From: a virus
Lineage: Duplodnaviria > Caudoviricetes
Reading direction: 5' to 3' (one strand)
Virus record (IMG/VR): IMGVR_UViG_3300020044_005777
Span: 1-38,560 of that record
DNA: 38,560 nt
A program made the translations under genes and the position numbers. The first letter of the stretch is position 1. The number at the start of each line of letters is the position of its first letter. The notes under the pieces were generated by a model, which worked only from the letters and a program-made list of their open reading frames with translations, did not search any database and was not told the DNA's origin. Positions 35,755 through 38,560 of this stretch are shown piece after piece.

Positions 35755-36054
35755 ATGACCACCTGTAAATCATGCGAATACTCGCAAAGACAAATAGAGA
35801 AACTTCAAAAAGAAATTGAGAGCCTTAATAAAGAGTTAGCGTTACGACAGCCAATTATTACAGAATGGGTGGCTTGTTCGGAGAAATTGCCAACAGTAGA
35901 GCAAAATGGGCAAAAAGTTTTAATTTACAGAATAATGAATGATAGTCAAGCAAGTTTAGCGATTTCGATTCACGAAACTTCAATGGTAAAACATTGTAAT
36001 GTAAATGAAACTTGGTGGACTGAACTTCCTAAGCGCCACCCTTCTCGTAACTAA
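35755..36054 (+). CDS. Coiled coil fused to DUF551-like domain
   Basis: EWVACSEKLP...VLI...WWTELPK; junction at LALRQPII. Confidence 0.72.
   Translation: MTTCKSCEYSQRQIEKLQKEIESLNKELALRQPIITEWVACSEKLPTVEQNGQKVLIYRIMNDSQASLAISIHETSMVKHCNVNETWWTELPKRHPSRN
35857..36051 (+). mobile_element. Degenerate cassette-like unit
   Basis: ATTACAGAATGGGTGGCTT vs AAGCGCCACCCTTCTCGTAAC imperfect inverted repeat ending in AAC. Confidence 0.5.
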
Positions 36055-36091
36055 GTAACCACTACACACTTAATCTTTATCAAAAATTAAA

Positions 36092-36337
36092 ATGTACCTC
36101 AAACAAAAATACGTCATAACGGAAGATAATTACATAATTGTGTTTCCTGAATTAATCCAGCATTCCGAGTTTAAAAAATTCAATCCAATCAGCGCAGGAT
36201 TTATTTCTTTTGGAGTTAACAAACAAGGAAATCCGTCTTGCTCTTGTTACGGAGAAAGCGTTAGTTTGAATCTTAAATCACGAGAAAAAGATACTGACAT
36301 AGCCAAAAAACAACTATCAATGCTTGACGATTATTAA
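36092..36337 (+). CDS. Hypothetical protein
   Basis: IIVFP...H...PISAGF...CYGESVSLNLKSR..D, a small-protein pattern I recognise from other phages. Confidence 0.8.
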   Translation: MYLKQKYVITEDNYIIVFPELIQHSEFKKFNPISAGFISFGVNKQGNPSCSCYGESVSLNLKSREKDTDIAKKQLSMLDDY

Positions 36338-36374
36338 TAAGAATAACCATATTTAACCATTAAAAAAAGATAAA

Positions 36375-36776
36375 ATGATTACAGACAGAATTATTTACGA
36401 ATTAGCCGTACAATATAGTCAGGCTACAACACACGGTGAACGTGCTAGAATCGGGCGTGAAATTGACGTAATGAGAGAAGCAATGTTTAATAACACTAGA
36501 AGGGTATTAGATAGCTTTTTTTACAATTCAGAAGACCGTATCAAAGAAGCAGAAGCAGAGGTACACCGACTATTCGATATTAAAAAAGGAGACCTAATAA
36601 ACGCTTTCATTCACTTTTATCAGAAAAATTACAATTGCCGTTATATATCGGCTTATGTGGAAAATAACAGGAATGGAATTTTAGTGATACTGGAAGATAA
36701 TCAGTTATCGGGTAAGTACAAAAAATCTCACTTTATTCCTGTTTATTTATTAGAAGGTGTCAAAAAACTTTATTAA
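36375..36776 (+). CDS. Hypothetical protein
   Basis: 133 aa; second allele at window start differs only by synonymous changes. Confidence 0.88.
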   Translation: MITDRIIYELAVQYSQATTHGERARIGREIDVMREAMFNNTRRVLDSFFYNSEDRIKEAEAEVHRLFDIKKGDLINAFIHFYQKNYNCRYISAYVENNRNGILVILEDNQLSGKYKKSHFIPVYLLEGVKKLY

Positions 36777-36805
36777 ATTTGCAATATCTAAAAAACACGA
36801 TTATG
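36550..36805 (+). repeat. Left flank repeat, copy 2
   Basis: See 1-256. Confidence 0.97.
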
Positions 36806-37675
36806 GAAAACCAACAACTAACAGTAAAGTCACTATTTAGCCGTGACGATGTAAAAAAGCGTTTTGAGGAAATGCTTGGTAAACGCTCTAATCAATTCAT
36901 TACTTCGGTGCTTCAAATTGCATCAAGTAGCGATTTACTTTCAAAAGCCGACCCCGTTTCGGTTTACAATGCTGCTGCCGTAGCTGCCACCTTAGACCTT
37001 CCGTTAAACAATAATTTAGGCTTCGCTTACATTGTACCGTTTAACACAAAACAAAAGGATGGCTCTTTTAAAACAATGGCTCAATTTCAAATTGGGTACA
37101 AAGGATTCATCCAATTAGCACAAAGGTCGGGACAATTTAAAACAATCGGGGTAACGCCAATTTATGAAGGGCAAATTTCAGAAATGAACCCGTTAACTGG
37201 TTTTAAATTTGATTTCTCTAAAAAAGACTCCGACATTGTACTTGGTTATGCTGCCCATTTTGCCTTAATAAACGGGTTTGAAAAAACCATGTACATGACC
37301 ATTGATGAGGTCAAAAAACACGCTAACAAGTACTCGCAAACCTTTAAAAAAGGCTTCGGGCTATGGAAGGATGAATTTGATTCTATGGCTTGTAAAACGG
37401 TTGTTAAATTACTACTATCGAAGTACGCCCCTTTGTCTATCGAAATGCAACAAGCGGTAATTAATGACCAAGGGATTATTAACGAAAATAACGAGGTTGT
37501 TTATGCCGACCACATAGATGTAACTGTGAACAAAGAAGATGAGCGCATTAGGCTTTTAATCGAAGATTCAAGAAATGCCCGTGAACTTACCGAATCACTA
37601 AAAGGCGTAACACTTACACCCGAATTAACCGAAATGTATAACGCTAAAATGGATGAATTAAATGAAAGCAAGTGA
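36803..37675 (+). CDS. recT: RecT-family single-strand annealing protein
   Basis: AATLDLPLNNNLGFAYIVPF, AQFQIGYKGFIQLAQRSGQF, WKDEFDSMACKTV. Confidence 0.93.
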   Translation: MENQQLTVKSLFSRDDVKKRFEEMLGKRSNQFITSVLQIASSSDLLSKADPVSVYNAAAVAATLDLPLNNNLGFAYIVPFNTKQKDGSFKTMAQFQIGYKGFIQLAQRSGQFKTIGVTPIYEGQISEMNPLTGFKFDFSKKDSDIVLGYAAHFALINGFEKTMYMTIDEVKKHANKYSQTFKKGFGLWKDEFDSMACKTVVKLLLSKYAPLSIEMQQAVINDQGIINENNEVVYADHIDVTVNKEDERIRLLIEDSRNARELTESLKGVTLTPELTEMYNAKMDELNESK

Positions 37676-38444
37676 TATTCGTTTTAGGTGTTCGGGGCTT
37701 GGCAAAATAGTATCGGGTGAACGTGAGGGCAAGGAATTAAGCAAAACCGTTAAGACCAACCTAATTGATATTTATACGTCTGCCGTATATGGTAGGCGTG
37801 AGGAAATAAACTCGAAGTTTTTAGAAAAAGGAAATAAGCGTGAAGAAGATGCAATTACTATGCTTTCGCTTTTTAATAAACGCTTTTATAAAAAGAATGA
37901 CATTCGTCTAACAAACGATTATATTACGGGTGAATGTGACTTGTTTATAGGTGAATCTATTGAGAAAGCCGAGGAAACACACGATATTAAATGCAGTTGG
38001 TCACTACATACATTTAACCGTTCTAAATTCGGTGAACTTAATAGCGACTATAAATGGCAAGGTGTTGGCTATATGTGGCTTACTGGTGCAGAAAAACACA
38101 CGGTTAACTATTGCCTAGTGAATGGAACGGCAGACGCTATAAATGACGAAAAAAGAAGGTTAGCGTATCGGCTTGGGTGCATAGATGCCGACATTGAGCC
38201 ACCTACATACGTTGAAAAGTGTAAGCAAATAGAGATTAACCACATCTTCGATTTACAAGCGTTTATGATGGAAAACCCATATTTCCAATTTCACACCCCG
38301 CCAAGTGAATGGTCTTTCGATATACCAATTAATAAAAGAATACACCAATTCGTTGTTGAAAGAGATGAATCCGAAATTGAATCTTTAAGGCTTAGGATTA
38401 TTAAAGTAATGGACTGGATGCAAAATAACCTTTTTAACAAATAA
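37662..38444 (+). CDS. PD-(D/E)XK recombination exonuclease (YqaJ-like, divergent from 772-1413)
   Basis: FRCSGLG, LEKGNKREE, ITGECD, DIKCSW, YKWQGVGYMWLT. Confidence 0.85.
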   Translation: MKASDIRFRCSGLGKIVSGEREGKELSKTVKTNLIDIYTSAVYGRREEINSKFLEKGNKREEDAITMLSLFNKRFYKKNDIRLTNDYITGECDLFIGESIEKAEETHDIKCSWSLHTFNRSKFGELNSDYKWQGVGYMWLTGAEKHTVNYCLVNGTADAINDEKRRLAYRLGCIDADIEPPTYVEKCKQIEINHIFDLQAFMMENPYFQFHTPPSEWSFDIPINKRIHQFVVERDESEIESLRLRIIKVMDWMQNNLFNK

Positions 38445-38560
38445 CCATGCACTACAACACAACAGATTTAGACACTAAAACGCTACAAAGATTAAACGAT
38501 TTAAGCGTTAGCCAAGAAGAAAAGATTTACCAGCTATTCCGATTAGTAAAACGTCCGATG
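38440..38560 (+). repeat. Right flank repeat, copy 2
   Basis: See 3765-3885. Confidence 0.97.
38447..38560 (+). CDS. 5' part of second copy of 3772-4062 gene, truncated by window end
   Basis: Identical sequence, MHYNTTDLDTK... Confidence 0.85.
   Translation, partial: MHYNTTDLDTKTLQRLNDLSVSQEEKIYQLFRLVKRPM

Larger units (their letters stand above)
1..38560. mobile_element. Tailed dsDNA bacteriophage genome (Caudoviricetes, probable Bacteroidota host), slightly more than one genome length
   Basis: Terminase, portal, capsid, tail, lysis, recombination and replication genes; no host housekeeping genes; both ends repeat internal sequence. Confidence 0.96.

Noticed and set aside
37662-38444. Cas4 or CRISPR-associated role for the nuclease
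   Set aside because: No array seen, no clear Cas4 four-Cys cluster, and it is coupled to RecT
1-38560. End repeats as ordinary direct terminal repeats
   Set aside because: The two repeats have different offsets (36549 and 34675), enclose non-homologous modules, and one carries synonymous differences
1-38560. Integrated prophage or stop-codon reassignment
   Set aside because: No integrase, att-flanked host genes or CI-like repressor recognised; genes are full length and dense under the standard code

Overview
Essentially one complete genome of a small tailed dsDNA phage (siphovirus-like) with a probable Bacteroidota host, inferred from TAnnTTTG promoters and A-rich leaders without Shine-Dalgarno motifs. 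A + strand early arm (recombination, NinG, replication initiator, many small ORFs; 1-10020 and 34200-38560) faces a - strand late arm (34115-10010: lipoprotein, sigma-like factor, three glycosyltransferases, terminase, tail, head, fibres, lysis). I found no integrase, CI-type repressor, tRNA or CRISPR array. The window runs more than once around the genome. The same locus appears at both ends carrying two non-homologous recombination modules between shared flanks: Sak/Rad52 + exonuclease + IbrB/IbrA-like genes versus RecT + exonuclease (implied unit lengths 36,549 and 34,675 bp). The most unusual signal is a set of integron-cassette-like units at 8396, 8833-8951, 34269-34793 and 35857-36051. 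They start with GTTRRRY-like cores, and all but the 8396 unit end in an AAC inverse core with a long terminal inverted repeat. There is one full attC-like hairpin, no integrase, and three reading frames run in-frame through the core site. Also notable: a PLOD-like glycosyltransferase-methyltransferase fusion, a predicted -1 frameshifted tail chaperone next to the terminase, a repeated late-gene upstream motif, and hairpin loops complementary to early-gene leaders. All protein calls come from motif recognition by eye, not database searches.
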